From: Candidatus Methylomirabilales bacterium
GTDB taxonomy: Bacteria; Methylomirabilota; Methylomirabilia; Methylomirabilales; CSP1-5
Length of the DNA: 56,762 nucleotides
Direction of reading: 5' to 3'
Assembly (NCBI GenBank): GCA_041599135.1
Contig: JBFHXD010000002.1
Coordinates: 1 to 56,762 of the forward strand
Shown: positions 30,410 to 41,516 of the stretch, piece after piece
How positions within the stretch are numbered: position 1 is the stretch's first letter
How the letters are laid out: every line of letters starts with the position of its first letter
Notes under the pieces: model-generated
Databases searched by the model: none
What the model was told of the DNA's origin: nothing
Seen by the model: only the letters and a program-made list of their open reading frames with translations
Translations under genes and position numbers: made by a program

Positions 30410-30964
30410 CTAGCTTGCTACGCGCGATGTGCTGCATGCCTGAGCTAGTTCAAAGCCCGCCGTCAGCGCCTTGAGGTTTTGCTCTTCAGTGCCTTTGGGG
30501 ACCCGGGTCAATACTGCCCTTTCGATGGCTTCCCGAGAGACGACTCCGGAAAGAGCAGTGACCGTGCCCAAGGCAACGATGTTGGCAACGACCTCACTTC
30601 CCATCCTTTCCCGGGCTGTTTTGAGGATGGGAAGGCGAAAGGTTGCGAACCTCCCCGAGGGAACAGCGAGTACCTCTGCGGAGTCCACAATTAGGGTCCC
30701 GGTGTTTTTCAGATCCTCCCAGTACATGTCACAGGCCTCTTGGGTCAGGGCGAGGAGGAGATCGATCCGCCCGGCCTTGGGGTAGTCGATTTCCTCATCG
30801 CTGATGATGAGCTCTGCCTTGGTTGCCCCTCCTCGGGATTCGGGCCCGTAGACCTGGGTCTGGACAACGTTCCTCCCGTCTTGGATCACCGACTCGGCAA
30901 GGATGATCCCGGCCAGGATGATGCCCTGTCCTCCCTCCCCACTCAGTCGAATCTCATACCTCAT
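30410..30964 (-). CDS. korC: 2-oxoacid:ferredoxin oxidoreductase, gamma subunit
   Basis: 184 aa with the SGEGGQGIILAG motif. Last gene of the delta-alpha-beta-gamma set. Confidence 0.85.
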   Translation of the reverse strand: MRYEIRLSGEGGQGIILAGIILAESVIQDGRNVVQTQVYGPESRGGATKAELIISDEEIDYPKAGRIDLLLALTQEACDMYWEDLKNTGTLIVDSAEVLAVPSGRFATFRLPILKTARERMGSEVVANIVALGTVTALSGVVSREAIERAVLTRVPKGTEEQNLKALTAGFELAQACSTSRVAS

Positions 30965-31014
30965 CTTCGCTCCGTCCGATCATCTTTGGCGGGACACGAT
31001 CTACCAGTCACGAA

Positions 31015-31782
31015 TCACCGCGCCTGTGCTTGGGCCTTGGCGATGATTTTCTCGCAGACTTCGGTGTACTCCGGTGCCGAGGTCTTGTGAAGTACGCCCA
31101 TCGGCAAAGTCGTCTTGGCCAAGGCCTGAAGCATCTCTGCCGGTGTCCCCAGTTTGTTCCTCCGACCGTGGATCTCGGGACAGGTGGTGAGGATCTCAAT
31201 AAATGAGAATCCCTTATGCTGGATCCCCTCGGCGATTAGCTTCTCCAGGGGAATGGTCCTGAACGCTGTCCCCCGAGCCACGAAGGTCGCACCCGCGGCT
31301 TCAACGAGGCGGCAGGCGTTGAAGTGAGGTTCGCTGTTTCCATAAGGACTCGTGGTGGAAAAAAGTTCCTCCGGCGTGGTCGGGGCGACTTGGCCGCCCG
31401 TCATCCCGTAGATCTGGTTATTAAACAGGAGGCAGGTGAGGTCGATGTTCCTCCGCGCCGAGTGAATCAGATGGTTCCCGCCGATGGAGAGGCCGTCCCC
31501 ATCCCCGGTAATGACGATGACGGTGACGTCGGGCCGGGCGAGTTTCAAGCCGGTGGCAAAGGCTAACGGCCTCCCATGGGTCGTATGGAGGGTGTTGCAA
31601 TCCACATAGCCCGTCAGCCGACTGGAACACCCAATCCCCGAGACCATGGCGATTCGATCTTTCGAAAGGTCCAGACGATGGATCGCGCGGAGAAGCGCCT
31701 TCAGGATCACGCCGTTCCCACACCCCTTGCACCAGATGTGGGGCATCATCTCCCTTCGAAAATACTGTTCGTAGTCGAACAT
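31015..31782 (-). CDS. korB: 2-oxoacid:ferredoxin oxidoreductase, beta (TPP-binding) subunit
   Basis: WCKGCGNG Cys motif and TPP/Mg motif TGDGDGLSIGGNH. 255 aa. Confidence 0.9.
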   Translation of the reverse strand: MFDYEQYFRREMMPHIWCKGCGNGVILKALLRAIHRLDLSKDRIAMVSGIGCSSRLTGYVDCNTLHTTHGRPLAFATGLKLARPDVTVIVITGDGDGLSIGGNHLIHSARRNIDLTCLLFNNQIYGMTGGQVAPTTPEELFSTTSPYGNSEPHFNACRLVEAAGATFVARGTAFRTIPLEKLIAEGIQHKGFSFIEILTTCPEIHGRRNKLGTPAEMLQALAKTTLPMGVLHKTSAPEYTEVCEKIIAKAQAQAR

Positions 31783-32915
31783 CAGCGGAGCTCCCGTACG
31801 GCGGTAAGGATTTCCTCGGGATGAATTGGCTGCCCGCTCGCCTTCTGAACCGCAACAATTTTCGTCTTACCGTGAACCACCCGGTCCACCTCGTAGATCA
31901 GTTGACCGAGATTCATCTCGGCAACGACGATGGCTTTCACCTGATCGGCGAGCTTCTCGAGCTCCAGATCAGGAAAAGGCCACAGGGAGATCGGCCTGAA
32001 CAGACCGACCCGCATGCCTTCTCTCCTCGCCGTCCTGATCGCGGCCCGGGCAGAGCGCGCCGTCACGCCGTACGCAAAGATGGCGATCTCGGCATCGTCG
32101 AGGAGGAAGGCCTCATGGGCCACAATCTCCTCCCGACGCTGTTCAATCTTTCGATGAAGCCGCCGTTGCTTTGTCTCGACGATTCGAGGATTTTGGGCGG
32201 GAAACCCTCGCTCGTCATGAGCCAATCCAGTGATATGATACCGATACCCCTCCCCGAAGCGAACGAAAGGCGGGACATCGTCCTCTTCTGCCTTGTACGG
32301 CAGATACGTGTCAGGTAAGGTGGATGACTTCTTGCGGTCGATGATCCCGAACTGCGAGGGGTCGGGCACTTCTGCTTTCTCCCGCATGTGTCCGATGACC
32401 TCGTCGTAGAGAAGAATCACGGGAGTGCGGCAGAGTTCCGAAAGGTTAAACGCCCGGATGGTGAGATCGTAGATCTCTCTGACCGAGGCGGGAGCGAGGG
32501 CGACGACTGGGTGATCGCCGTGTGTCCCCCACCGAGCCTGCATGACATCCCCCTGGGCGGGCGATGTGGGGAGGCCGGTGCTGGGCCCTCCCCGCATGAC
32601 GTTCACGACGACGCAGGGAATCTCCGTATAGACCGCAAACCCCAAGTTCTCTTGCTTTAATGAAAAGCCTGGTCCGCTCGTCGCGGTCATGACTTTGCTA
32701 CCTGCGATGGAGGCCCCGATGCATGCGGCCATGGCGGCGATTTCGTCCTCCATCTGGATAAACTTTCCGCCCACCCGCGGGAGGAGTTTCGCCAACTCTT
32801 CAGCGATCTCAGAGGAGGGCGTGATGGGGTAGCCCGCGAAGAAGGTACATCCCGCGGCGATGGCTGCATGCGCGCATGCCTCATTCCCTTGCATCAAACG
32901 AACGTGTCCACCCAC
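31782..32915 (-). CDS. korA: 2-oxoacid:ferredoxin oxidoreductase, alpha subunit
   Basis: MQGNEACAHAAIAAGCTFFAGYPITPSSEI. 377 aa. Confidence 0.9.
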   Translation of the reverse strand: MGGHVRLMQGNEACAHAAIAAGCTFFAGYPITPSSEIAEELAKLLPRVGGKFIQMEDEIAAMAACIGASIAGSKVMTATSGPGFSLKQENLGFAVYTEIPCVVVNVMRGGPSTGLPTSPAQGDVMQARWGTHGDHPVVALAPASVREIYDLTIRAFNLSELCRTPVILLYDEVIGHMREKAEVPDPSQFGIIDRKKSSTLPDTYLPYKAEEDDVPPFVRFGEGYRYHITGLAHDERGFPAQNPRIVETKQRRLHRKIEQRREEIVAHEAFLLDDAEIAIFAYGVTARSARAAIRTARREGMRVGLFRPISLWPFPDLELEKLADQVKAIVVAEMNLGQLIYEVDRVVHGKTKIVAVQKASGQPIHPEEILTAVRELR

Positions 32916-32930
32916 GTGCTTCCCTTGCCA

Positions 32931-33158
32931 TTACTCGACGGAGATGGCGAAATCAGGACAGAGGAGATCGCATAAGAGACACTTGTTACAGGCTTTGAGG
33001 TCCACGACCTCCACAATCCCCAGGGCGTTCATGACCAAGCAGTTCCTTTTGCACACCTCCACGCAGATCTCGCAGCCTTTACACCAATCCTCCAGGACCG
33101 TGATCGCCACCTTGTCGGTGGCGTAGACCTTAGACAGCCCCAGCGCTTGCCTAACCAT
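32931..33158 (-). CDS. korD: 2-oxoacid:ferredoxin oxidoreductase, delta (2x[4Fe-4S] ferredoxin) subunit
   Basis: CKGCEICVEVC and CNKCLLCDLLCP motifs. 75 aa. Confidence 0.85.
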   Translation of the reverse strand: MVRQALGLSKVYATDKVAITVLEDWCKGCEICVEVCKRNCLVMNALGIVEVVDLKACNKCLLCDLLCPDFAISVE

Positions 33159-33347
33159 GAATGCACCCCGTATTTCTCTGCCAGATGACGGCTCGACTGA
33201 GCTCGCCGAGGTCTCGCCGAAGTCCGACGACCGATGACCGTTAACCGTAGACCGACGACAGACGACCGGTTTCTAAAAAACTAAAAAAAGGTTCTCCGGC
33301 CCGCACGGTCAGCGGTAATCGGTCATCGAACTACCTGTCCTGTCCGG
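33159..33347. repeat. Word-repeat-rich intergenic spacer (gltA to korD)
   Basis: ccgatgaccg (33231-33240) and its inverted partner aatcggtcatcga (33317-33329). The CGGTCATCG core recurs at 56620-56632 and 56722-56734. Confidence 0.6.
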
Positions 33348-34661
33348 CTAGCGCCGCTGCTGCAGCGGCACATAATCACGCTGGTCGGCCCCGGTATACA
33401 CCTGCCGGGGACGAGCGATCTTCTGCTCCGAGTCCAGGAGCATCTCCTGCCACTGGGCGAGCCACCCCGGTGTCCGACCGATAGCGAAGAGCACTGGATA
33501 GATGTCCACCGGAAATCCCATCGCCTGGTAAATGATCCCCGAATAGAAATCAACATTCGGGTAGAGGCGGCGCTTGACGAAGAACTCATCCTCGAGGGCG
33601 ATTCGCTCGAGCTCCAGCGCGATGTCCAAAAGGACGTTTCGCCCGGTGACCTCGAAGACCCTTTCGGCGATCTCCCTGATGATCTTGGCCCGGGGGTCGT
33701 AGCTCTTGTATACCCGATGGCCAAAGCCCATGAGCAGCGCCTCGCGCGTCTTAACCTTCTTGACGAACTCCGGGACTTTCTCCTTCGAGCCGATCTCCCC
33801 CAGCATCCGGAGGACCGCCTCGTTGGCTCCCCCGTGCAGCGGCCCGTACAGCGCCGCCGTGGCCGCCGCCACCGCGGAATAGGGATCGACGTGGGAGCTG
33901 CCGACGCTACGCATCGCGTTGGCGCTACAGTTCTGCTCGTGGTCCACGTGGAGGATGAACAGCACATCTAGCGCCCGCTCGAGAATGGGGTCCGGCTTAT
34001 ATTTCACTTCAGTCATCTTGAAGAGCATGTTGAGGAAGTTGCCACTGTAGGAGAGGTCGTTATCTGGATAGGCAAAGGGCATCCCCAGGCTATGCCGGTA
34101 GGCGAAGGCTGCCACGGTGGGCATCTTGGCGATCAGGCGATAAATCTGCTTCTGCCGGATGGCCGGATCCGTGATGATCTTCGCGTCGGGATAGAAGGTC
34201 GAGAGGGCCCCAACCGTCCCCACCAAAATCCCCATCGGGTGGGCGTCATAGTGAAACCCGTCTATAAACTTCTTGATGTTCTCGTGGATCATGGTGTGGT
34301 GGGTAATGTTGTAGACCCACTCCTCCAGCTGCTTCCCCGTGGGCAGCTCACCATGGATAATCAGATAGGCGGTCTCAAGGAACGTGCTTTGCTCGGCCAG
34401 CTGCTCGATGGGGTAGCCTCGGTACCGCAGAATCCCCCGCTCTCCATCGATGAAGGTGACCCCGCTTTTGCACGAGGCCGTATTCATGAAGGCGGGATCG
34501 TAGCTCAAGAGCCCAAAGTCCTCCTCGGATACCCGGATCTGCCGCAGATCACTCGCCCGAATGGACGCCCCGTACGTCGGATACAGGCCGTACTGGATGG
34601 GGAGCTCGTAGGTCTTGCCCGTGCGGTTATCGGTAATCGTCAACGTATCCTTTCCCATCAC
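33348..34661 (-). CDS. gltA: Citrate synthase
   Basis: 437 aa with MGFGHRVYKSYDPRA signature and catalytic His/Asp context. Confidence 0.95.
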   Translation of the reverse strand: MMGKDTLTITDNRTGKTYELPIQYGLYPTYGASIRASDLRQIRVSEEDFGLLSYDPAFMNTASCKSGVTFIDGERGILRYRGYPIEQLAEQSTFLETAYLIIHGELPTGKQLEEWVYNITHHTMIHENIKKFIDGFHYDAHPMGILVGTVGALSTFYPDAKIITDPAIRQKQIYRLIAKMPTVAAFAYRHSLGMPFAYPDNDLSYSGNFLNMLFKMTEVKYKPDPILERALDVLFILHVDHEQNCSANAMRSVGSSHVDPYSAVAAATAALYGPLHGGANEAVLRMLGEIGSKEKVPEFVKKVKTREALLMGFGHRVYKSYDPRAKIIREIAERVFEVTGRNVLLDIALELERIALEDEFFVKRRLYPNVDFYSGIIYQAMGFPVDIYPVLFAIGRTPGWLAQWQEMLLDSEQKIARPRQVYTGADQRDYVPLQQRR

Positions 34662-34745
34662 CTATCCTCCTCGTGTCCGATGTCCAACGTCAGGGTTTAG
34701 AGTTGAGGGTTGAAGACCCAACACCCGTTTGGACTTTGGACTGGT
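34662..34745. repeat. Word-repeat-rich intergenic spacer (icd to gltA)
   Basis: cagggtttagagttgaggg (34691-34709) and cccaacaccc (34717-34726). Both recur at 56663-56681 and 56601-56610. Confidence 0.7.
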
Positions 34746-35972
<1,227 letters not shown>

Positions 35973-36049
35973 GTTGAAGTCCTCCGTTCTCAGAGTGGGT
36001 TATACAACCGCGCGCACGATCGAGGTCACTCCTCTCCATTACCTCCCCT

Positions 36050-37426
36050 TCACGATCGCTTCTTTATTCTCCCCTCGATGTTTTGAAGCATCTCGGTGTT
36101 CGTACCGAACTTGAACTCCTCGAGGCCCAGTTTGTTAGCTTCCTCCCGTTCGACCCGCTCCAGGATCCGCCAGAGTCCCTTGCATACGACTGGGACCGAC
36201 TTCTCACGAATACGGTGAAAAACGGTCCCGATCCGCTGGTAGATCTCCCGCCGGGAGAGCCCGGGACGCTCGGACAGGTAACGGTTCACGACGGCCGCCC
36301 CCTTCTCGGCATCTAATCGCGCCTTGCCGACGACCCCGTCGCTGGCGCTCCGCGACCAGCCGATGATAAAGACGCCATCCATGACCTGCTCGACCTGGGG
36401 ATCAAAAGCTTGATATTTCGCCGCATCAGGGTCCTGAGGATCCGGGTTTGGATTCGCCGCATAGCCCCAGGCTCCATCTCTAGGGGCAAGACCCAGGTCG
36501 AGGTCCACCACGTCCCCGATGGCAAAGACTACCGTGTCCACGGGGAGCACGGTGGTTTCGCCCAGGCCTTTGGCGGAGAGGGAACCCTTGCGTTCGACCA
36601 ACGTGTTTTCCTCGACCTCCATGCCGACCATACGCCCGGTCTCATCCCGGACGATCCGTTTCGGCGAGGCCAGAAAGCGAAAAGTGAGACGCGTGGGACC
36701 CCTGCCCGCCTTCGGCTCCACATGACAGTCCTTCGTCAGCTCCTTATACTGCACGTCCATGTCCTGGCCGAGCGGCTCGAGCAGAGGCCGAATCCGTTCG
36801 AGCTCCGCCTTCAATGCGTCCTGGTCTATATGCCAGGCTATGGGTTTCATCTCGCGATCATCGTATTTCCGCTCCACGGGCCCGCGCCGCGCCACGGCGA
36901 TGACCTCGGGAACTTCGCGGATGGTGACCAGATAGTTGGCGATGTCCGCCATGACGTTGCCGATGCCGATGACGGCCACGCGGTTCCCCATGGGAAATTC
37001 TTTCTGGCTAAAAGGCGGGAGGAGATTATAGTGATAGACCAGGTCCTTGGCGTGATAGACATTTGGCCCTTCGTCCCCGGGAACGCCCAACGACTTCGTC
37101 CCCTGGGCCCCGGCGCCGACCACGATCGCGCTCGGTTTGAGATCTTGGAGGTCGCTTAACCGGATAGCCCCTGCCTCGCCCACCTGGACACCGCCGAAGT
37201 AAATGACCCGGGGATTTGCGAGGATCTGCCGAAACTGCTTGCGTAAGCCCTCTTTCATCTTGTGTTTCGACAAGTAGATGCCATACTCCGCGAGTCCCCC
37301 CGGTTTGATATCCCGGTTGAGGATCACGACGGTATGGCCTTTCTCAGCGAGCTTGCCGGTGGCATACAGGGCTGCAGGTCCCGCCCCCACCATGACGACG
37401 AGATGCCCATTCCGATCTTCCATCAC
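36050..37426 (-). CDS. FprA/adrenodoxin-reductase-type NAD(P)H:ferredoxin oxidoreductase
   Basis: FAD fold VMVGAGPAALYATGKL, GGLAEYGI, and a second Rossmann fold VAVIGIGNVMADIA. 458 aa. Confidence 0.7.
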   Translation of the reverse strand: MMEDRNGHLVVMVGAGPAALYATGKLAEKGHTVVILNRDIKPGGLAEYGIYLSKHKMKEGLRKQFRQILANPRVIYFGGVQVGEAGAIRLSDLQDLKPSAIVVGAGAQGTKSLGVPGDEGPNVYHAKDLVYHYNLLPPFSQKEFPMGNRVAVIGIGNVMADIANYLVTIREVPEVIAVARRGPVERKYDDREMKPIAWHIDQDALKAELERIRPLLEPLGQDMDVQYKELTKDCHVEPKAGRGPTRLTFRFLASPKRIVRDETGRMVGMEVEENTLVERKGSLSAKGLGETTVLPVDTVVFAIGDVVDLDLGLAPRDGAWGYAANPNPDPQDPDAAKYQAFDPQVEQVMDGVFIIGWSRSASDGVVGKARLDAEKGAAVVNRYLSERPGLSRREIYQRIGTVFHRIREKSVPVVCKGLWRILERVEREEANKLGLEEFKFGTNTEMLQNIEGRIKKRS

Positions 37427-37477
37427 TGCTCCATTTCCATCCGCTTCTTCCGCTCTACAATTACGCCGACGGCCAAC

Positions 37478-37813
37478 TTATCGCTTCTTCCGCGGGCGGC
37501 GTTTTTTCGAGATGACATCCTCGATCCAGGTGAGGGCCGCCATGCCCGTGGGAAAGCCGGACGTGGTGATAGCCAGAAGCGCCACCTGGTAAATCTCCTC
37601 AGGAGTGGCGCCCCGCTCTACGGCCAGCCGAGTGTGGGCTTTTACCGCCCCCTCCAGTCGGCCGCCGATGGCGATCCCCAGCTTGATCAGCTCTCGGAAC
37701 TTCGGGTCTATTGGTCCTTGTCGGTGAACTGCTGCTCCTAGACGATCGTAAGACTCCCAAACGCGCCGGAAGCTTCTTTGAAATCGCCTATAGGCCGGTG
37801 GTAGCTTCGCCAT
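37478..37813 (-). CDS. Carboxymuconolactone decarboxylase (AhpD-like) family protein, lacks CxxC
   Basis: 111 aa. KFRELIKLGIAIGGRLEGAVKAHTRLAVERGATPEEI matches the CMD helix pattern but has no Cys pair. Confidence 0.7.
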   Translation of the reverse strand: MAKLPPAYRRFQRSFRRVWESYDRLGAAVHRQGPIDPKFRELIKLGIAIGGRLEGAVKAHTRLAVERGATPEEIYQVALLAITTSGFPTGMAALTWIEDVISKKRRPRKKR

Positions 37814-37854
37814 GGCTTCTCCTCCGCTGGGTCACCCTCTCTTGTGGATTTATC

Positions 37855-38355
37855 TTACCCCCGTTTCGCACGGCCGTCATCAAGGGCAGTCACGGTTGCA
37901 GTCTCCGTCCCCAGGGCAGAGAGTCCAAGGCGAAGTGGCTCTCCTGGCCAGATGAGTCGCCGATGGAGCAATGAATAGTGGCGAAAGCGGGATGGCATGT
38001 GGGAGCCGACAGAGGCGATTCCCACGACCAGCAGCAGGAGCATTACGCGAGCCTCCCAGAACACGGGAATGGCCAACAAGAGAGCGAGCTTGACCAGGAC
38101 CGTGATCCCCTTCCCCAGGAAGAGCCAGTACAGCCCCGCGGCATACATCTCCAATGCGATCAATCCGATGCCGCTTACGATGGTGAGCCACAGAGAGGGC
38201 AAGAGCTTTTCGGGGTCCACCGCAAAGGCGTGCCCTCCGAGCAGCACACCAAAGGCCGCCAAATGCAGCGTTCGTAAGCCGACGGACCAGGCCCTCGCCG
38301 CTGGCAGAAACCGCATTTGTTCAGGGAAAAGCCAGTGCTGGATCGTCTCGATCAT
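37855..38355 (-). CDS. Hypothetical integral membrane protein (~4-5 TM)
   Basis: 166 aa, strongly hydrophobic. Follows the P19-like gene. Confidence 0.55.
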   Translation of the reverse strand: MIETIQHWLFPEQMRFLPAARAWSVGLRTLHLAAFGVLLGGHAFAVDPEKLLPSLWLTIVSGIGLIALEMYAAGLYWLFLGKGITVLVKLALLLAIPVFWEARVMLLLLVVGIASVGSHMPSRFRHYSLLHRRLIWPGEPLRLGLSALGTETATVTALDDGRAKRG

Positions 38356-38393
38356 GCCTTCGGCGCCCTATCTCTTAGCTCTCGGCTCTTCGT

Positions 38394-38891
38394 TCACCGG
38401 TATTCGTAGGTGAAGACCGCCTGAGCCTGGGTTTTCCATACATCCGCCAGGTGCTTGAACCGCGCAATATCCGGGGGCTGCACATCGATCAGAATCCCAT
38501 AGGTTCCCCGGTTCGGCAGGCTGATGTTCGCCCCGTAGTGGAGCCACTCTCCGATCATCGGTTCCAGCTCCACGGTGGATGACCAGCCTCTGGTTTTGTC
38601 CGTAATGGTCGCCTTGATGTTGAGGTACGGAATGTAGATCCGCCGGCCCAGATCGAAGACCCGCACATCGAGGTGATGGGTGGCCGCCTCCGCGGGTTTG
38701 TGGTGGGTGTCCTTTGGGGAAATAAGCTCCTGGGGTCCCCACGCGTATAGGGCAATTTCCAGGTTTCCGACGGTGCTCACCCCGACCTGAGCCCGTTCCC
38801 CGTGCGTCCACCCGTACTGGGGGAGGAAGACCAGGAAAGCTGTAAGGGTTGCCAACATCAAGCGGTACATACGGGATACTCCCACTCGCAT
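38394..38891 (-). CDS. Periplasmic P19/FetP/Tp34-like iron (metal) transport protein
   Basis: Signal peptide. THHLDVRVFD..., EPMIGEWLHYGANISLPNRGTYGILIDVQPP and FTYEY resemble the PF10634 'Iron_transport' pattern as I recall it. Confidence 0.55.
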   Translation of the reverse strand: MRVGVSRMYRLMLATLTAFLVFLPQYGWTHGERAQVGVSTVGNLEIALYAWGPQELISPKDTHHKPAEAATHHLDVRVFDLGRRIYIPYLNIKATITDKTRGWSSTVELEPMIGEWLHYGANISLPNRGTYGILIDVQPPDIARFKHLADVWKTQAQAVFTYEYR

Positions 38892-39112
38892 ACGGGTGTT
38901 AGGTTTCAGGCTCGATGAGCAAGGGGGGTGCCAGGGAAAAAAGAGTGTCGCAGTTAATGGGTAACCATTTGATTTTAAAGTGAAATTACGAATAAAACGT
39001 CGTTAATGCTCCGAGGCTTTCAGAGGTTACTGAGGCACGAGTGCCCCAGAACAGCAACGGGAGGTACACCACATAACGCAAACATTTCAACAGGATAACG
39101 ACTTAGCCGGAT

Positions 39113-39146
39113 GGGGCAGGTTTGCCCCATGGGGTGAGCCTGCCCC
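39113..39146 (-). terminator. GC-rich nested hairpin after the molybdoenzyme operon (no U-tract)
   Basis: GGGGCAGG...CCTGCCCC 8-bp stem enclosing the CCCCATGGGG palindrome. ~40 nt downstream of the 39183 stop. An AT-rich promoter-like region follows. Confidence 0.3.
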
Positions 39147-39182
39147 AACGCTTGTGTTCCACGGTTTCGGGGGAGAGGACGC

Positions 39183-40760
39183 TCATGTCAAAGAACCACG
39201 GCAGGAGTTGCAGTACCGCGTAATGAAAGAGAGAGTGCCGGCATCCTCAGGTCCCAGCATGCCTGCGATCCGCTTGAGCATGGCGCCCGGAGCCACCGGA
39301 GCTCCGCAAGACTCACAGCGCGCCTCAGTATCCCGGTGTAGGGTGCGTCTCCCCCGGGCGATTTGCGCGAGATCGGTCACCTTCTCGACGTGCACCACGC
39401 GCTCGGGGCAGACTGGGACGCACGACTCACAGCCAATGCATATTCCTGGCTCATAGGTCAGGGCAACGTCCTCGTGACCACGGTCCATTTGCAAGGCGTC
39501 GGTGGGACAAGCTCGGACGCAGGCTTCGCAGGCGGTGCATCCCTCCTTGACGGCGACCATGCCTACCGGAGAGTACGGATGAGTCAACGCAAAGTCGAGG
39601 GAGGGGGCGAACTGCTCCGCTAGCCCGAGAAGCGCCTGTGCGGTTGCCCGCGGGGCAAACAGCGCCACATCCCGGGTGCGGCCTGCTCTCGACTCCTCTC
39701 TCGGCTCGGGCAGGGAACCAAGCGCACGCGCCAATGCCTGTTCATCGCCCGGATCGAGAAGTCTCACCGCGTCAGGCGAGGCACCTAGCCCGCTCAAGAA
39801 CTCTCGGCAGTAAGCGACCCTTCCCTTGGTGACCTCCCTTTGTCCGAATCGGCAGTCATCTCGAAGGCAGGGGAGTACCCCCGTGGCCACAGCGCCCAGA
39901 TTGAGGCACTGAAGAAGCCAGGTCGGCGTCACCACCCCGAGACAAGGGACCTCGACCGGGAGCCAGCTCGCAGGGTACGAGAACCCCTGATCGGCGAGCC
40001 CCTGAAGGGTCGGGGCGCTCCGCGCGCAGACAAACATGATGGCCCGGGGACGAATAGGCAGTGATGCGCCGTTGAGGAGCGTGGCAATCTGCGCGTTGAT
40101 CTGTTGGGGCGAGACCCCCGGGAGATCGATGGCTTGCTGAGGGCAAGCGGACACGCATGCCCCGCATCCAGTGCATCGTGTCTTGTCGAGGGCCATAAAG
40201 TCTTCGGACGGTTCCAGGGCCTGCCAGGGGCAGGTCGTCGCACAGACCCGACACCCCTCGTTGAATGCGCAGTCTCCTTTTCGAATAAACGCGACCGGTT
40301 CGTATCGTACCGGCGGGAGAGTGAAGAGAGCACGGCGGCTGAGGGTCTGGTCCCATGAGAGCACGGGCTTGATGTTGTCGGGCCGGCTTTCGGGAGAGGC
40401 CCCCACGCTCGCCAAAGCGGCTTCCAACAGGATCTTTGCCTTGGCCGTGGCCTGGGACCTTTCGTGCACCTGAGCGCAGTAGGCACCCAGATTCACGACC
40501 TCGACGCCAAAGGGGTCGAGCCCCACCTTTCGCGCTTGCGCCTCGAACTCAGGGACAGAATAGGCATGAGAGCAAAGCCCGAGGACCAACCCGGTGCCGT
40601 CGCTCAGTGCCTTATCCAGCGACCATCGCGACGTGCAACAGGGCCCCTGCTCGATTCGCATGCCGAGCTCCGGCACGCGACCCCGAAACCATTCCCGTAT
40701 CGCCTCGAGGTCCAGGCCGAATCCTCGGGTTTCGAGCTCCTGACACAGGAAGACCGCCAT
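39183..40760 (-). CDS. Cytoplasmic poly-ferredoxin with MvhD/FlpD-like domain(s) and a C-terminal Cys4 ribbon
   Basis: Two 2x[4Fe-4S] ferredoxin units (CRVCATTCP/CTGCGACVSACP and CTACEACVRACP/CIGCESCVPVCP). FlpD/MvhD-like segment IMFVCARS...VEVPCLGVVTPTWLLQCLNLGAVATGVLPCLRDDCRFG. C-terminal CESCG...CNSC. No signal peptide. Confidence 0.7.
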   Translation of the reverse strand: MAVFLCQELETRGFGLDLEAIREWFRGRVPELGMRIEQGPCCTSRWSLDKALSDGTGLVLGLCSHAYSVPEFEAQARKVGLDPFGVEVVNLGAYCAQVHERSQATAKAKILLEAALASVGASPESRPDNIKPVLSWDQTLSRRALFTLPPVRYEPVAFIRKGDCAFNEGCRVCATTCPWQALEPSEDFMALDKTRCTGCGACVSACPQQAIDLPGVSPQQINAQIATLLNGASLPIRPRAIMFVCARSAPTLQGLADQGFSYPASWLPVEVPCLGVVTPTWLLQCLNLGAVATGVLPCLRDDCRFGQREVTKGRVAYCREFLSGLGASPDAVRLLDPGDEQALARALGSLPEPREESRAGRTRDVALFAPRATAQALLGLAEQFAPSLDFALTHPYSPVGMVAVKEGCTACEACVRACPTDALQMDRGHEDVALTYEPGICIGCESCVPVCPERVVHVEKVTDLAQIARGRRTLHRDTEARCESCGAPVAPGAMLKRIAGMLGPEDAGTLSFITRYCNSCRGSLT

Positions 40761-40793
40761 CCCATCTTCTCCCTGTCGTGATCGTTCTCTTAG

Positions 40794-41516
40794 TTATACT
40801 GAACGGCTGGCTTCTTGATGATACTGCATCAGGAGGGCATCTATCAACGCCTGGTCATGCCCGATGAAGTCGTGGGCCGCTCGGGTGACCACGGTGTAAA
40901 AGCCATCCCCGGCGTGGCGGGCAACCTGCTCGGCAAGGACCGGAAACCAGAGGTAAAGGTGCCGACCAAGAAATCCCGCCTCCGCCTCAAGTCGCTTGAC
41001 GCCGTCCTTGAGCGACTGCTTGGTCCAGGCCTCTGCTTCCTTTCCGCAGAGGAAGCTCATGAACTCAAGCTCGACGGACGCATGGTCCGGCGGTTCCTTG
41101 AAGGACGTCGCCACCGCCAGGCCAGCCGCGCCGTATACTCCGTCAAGTGCCGCCATGGTCAACGCCGGGTTGTCGGGCGTCAGAAAGCCAGACTCGTACA
41201 GGGGCACCTTTTGGTGTACGAGAAACAGATCGAGATAGGCCTGCTCGAGGTCCGCAGTTCCTGACTCCTCCCGCTGTACGAGAAGAGCCAGGAACCTGGT
41301 CCACTGGGAAAAGAAGGCAAACTCCACGAGCGACTGACTTTGCTGCTCTAACTCGCGGGCAACAGCGACGAGGCTCGTTAGGCGCTCCTCAGCCGGGTAG
41401 AGCAGCGTCGTGCCGAAGAGCCGGTACGCGGCCTGACGGAAGCGTGCCAGATCTGCGAGCCGCACGGGGGCAGCGCGAGATTTCCGCCTTGTAGCCTTAG
41501 GGCTTCTGCGGGCCAT
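40794..41516 (-). CDS. TorD/DmsD/NarJ-family molybdoenzyme chaperone
   Basis: From MARRSPKATRR... . RQAAYRLFGTTLLYP, LDLFLV, YESGF and ELEFMSFL are typical of the 'nitrate reductase delta'/TorD family. The track ORF N-terminus (to 41825) is an over-extension overlapping the dihaem gene. A GTG at 41465 is an alternative start. Confidence 0.7.
   Translation of the reverse strand: MARRSPKATRRKSRAAPVRLADLARFRQAAYRLFGTTLLYPAEERLTSLVAVARELEQQSQSLVEFAFFSQWTRFLALLVQREESGTADLEQAYLDLFLVHQKVPLYESGFLTPDNPALTMAALDGVYGAAGLAVATSFKEPPDHASVELEFMSFLCGKEAEAWTKQSLKDGVKRLEAEAGFLGRHLYLWFPVLAEQVARHAGDGFYTVVTRAAHDFIGHDQALIDALLMQYHQEASRSV

Noticed and set aside
37478-37813. AhpD/CMD-like protein considered as a second selenoprotein candidate
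   Set aside because: The family includes Sec members. This ORF has no in-frame TGA and lacks the CxxC/UxxC motif altogether.
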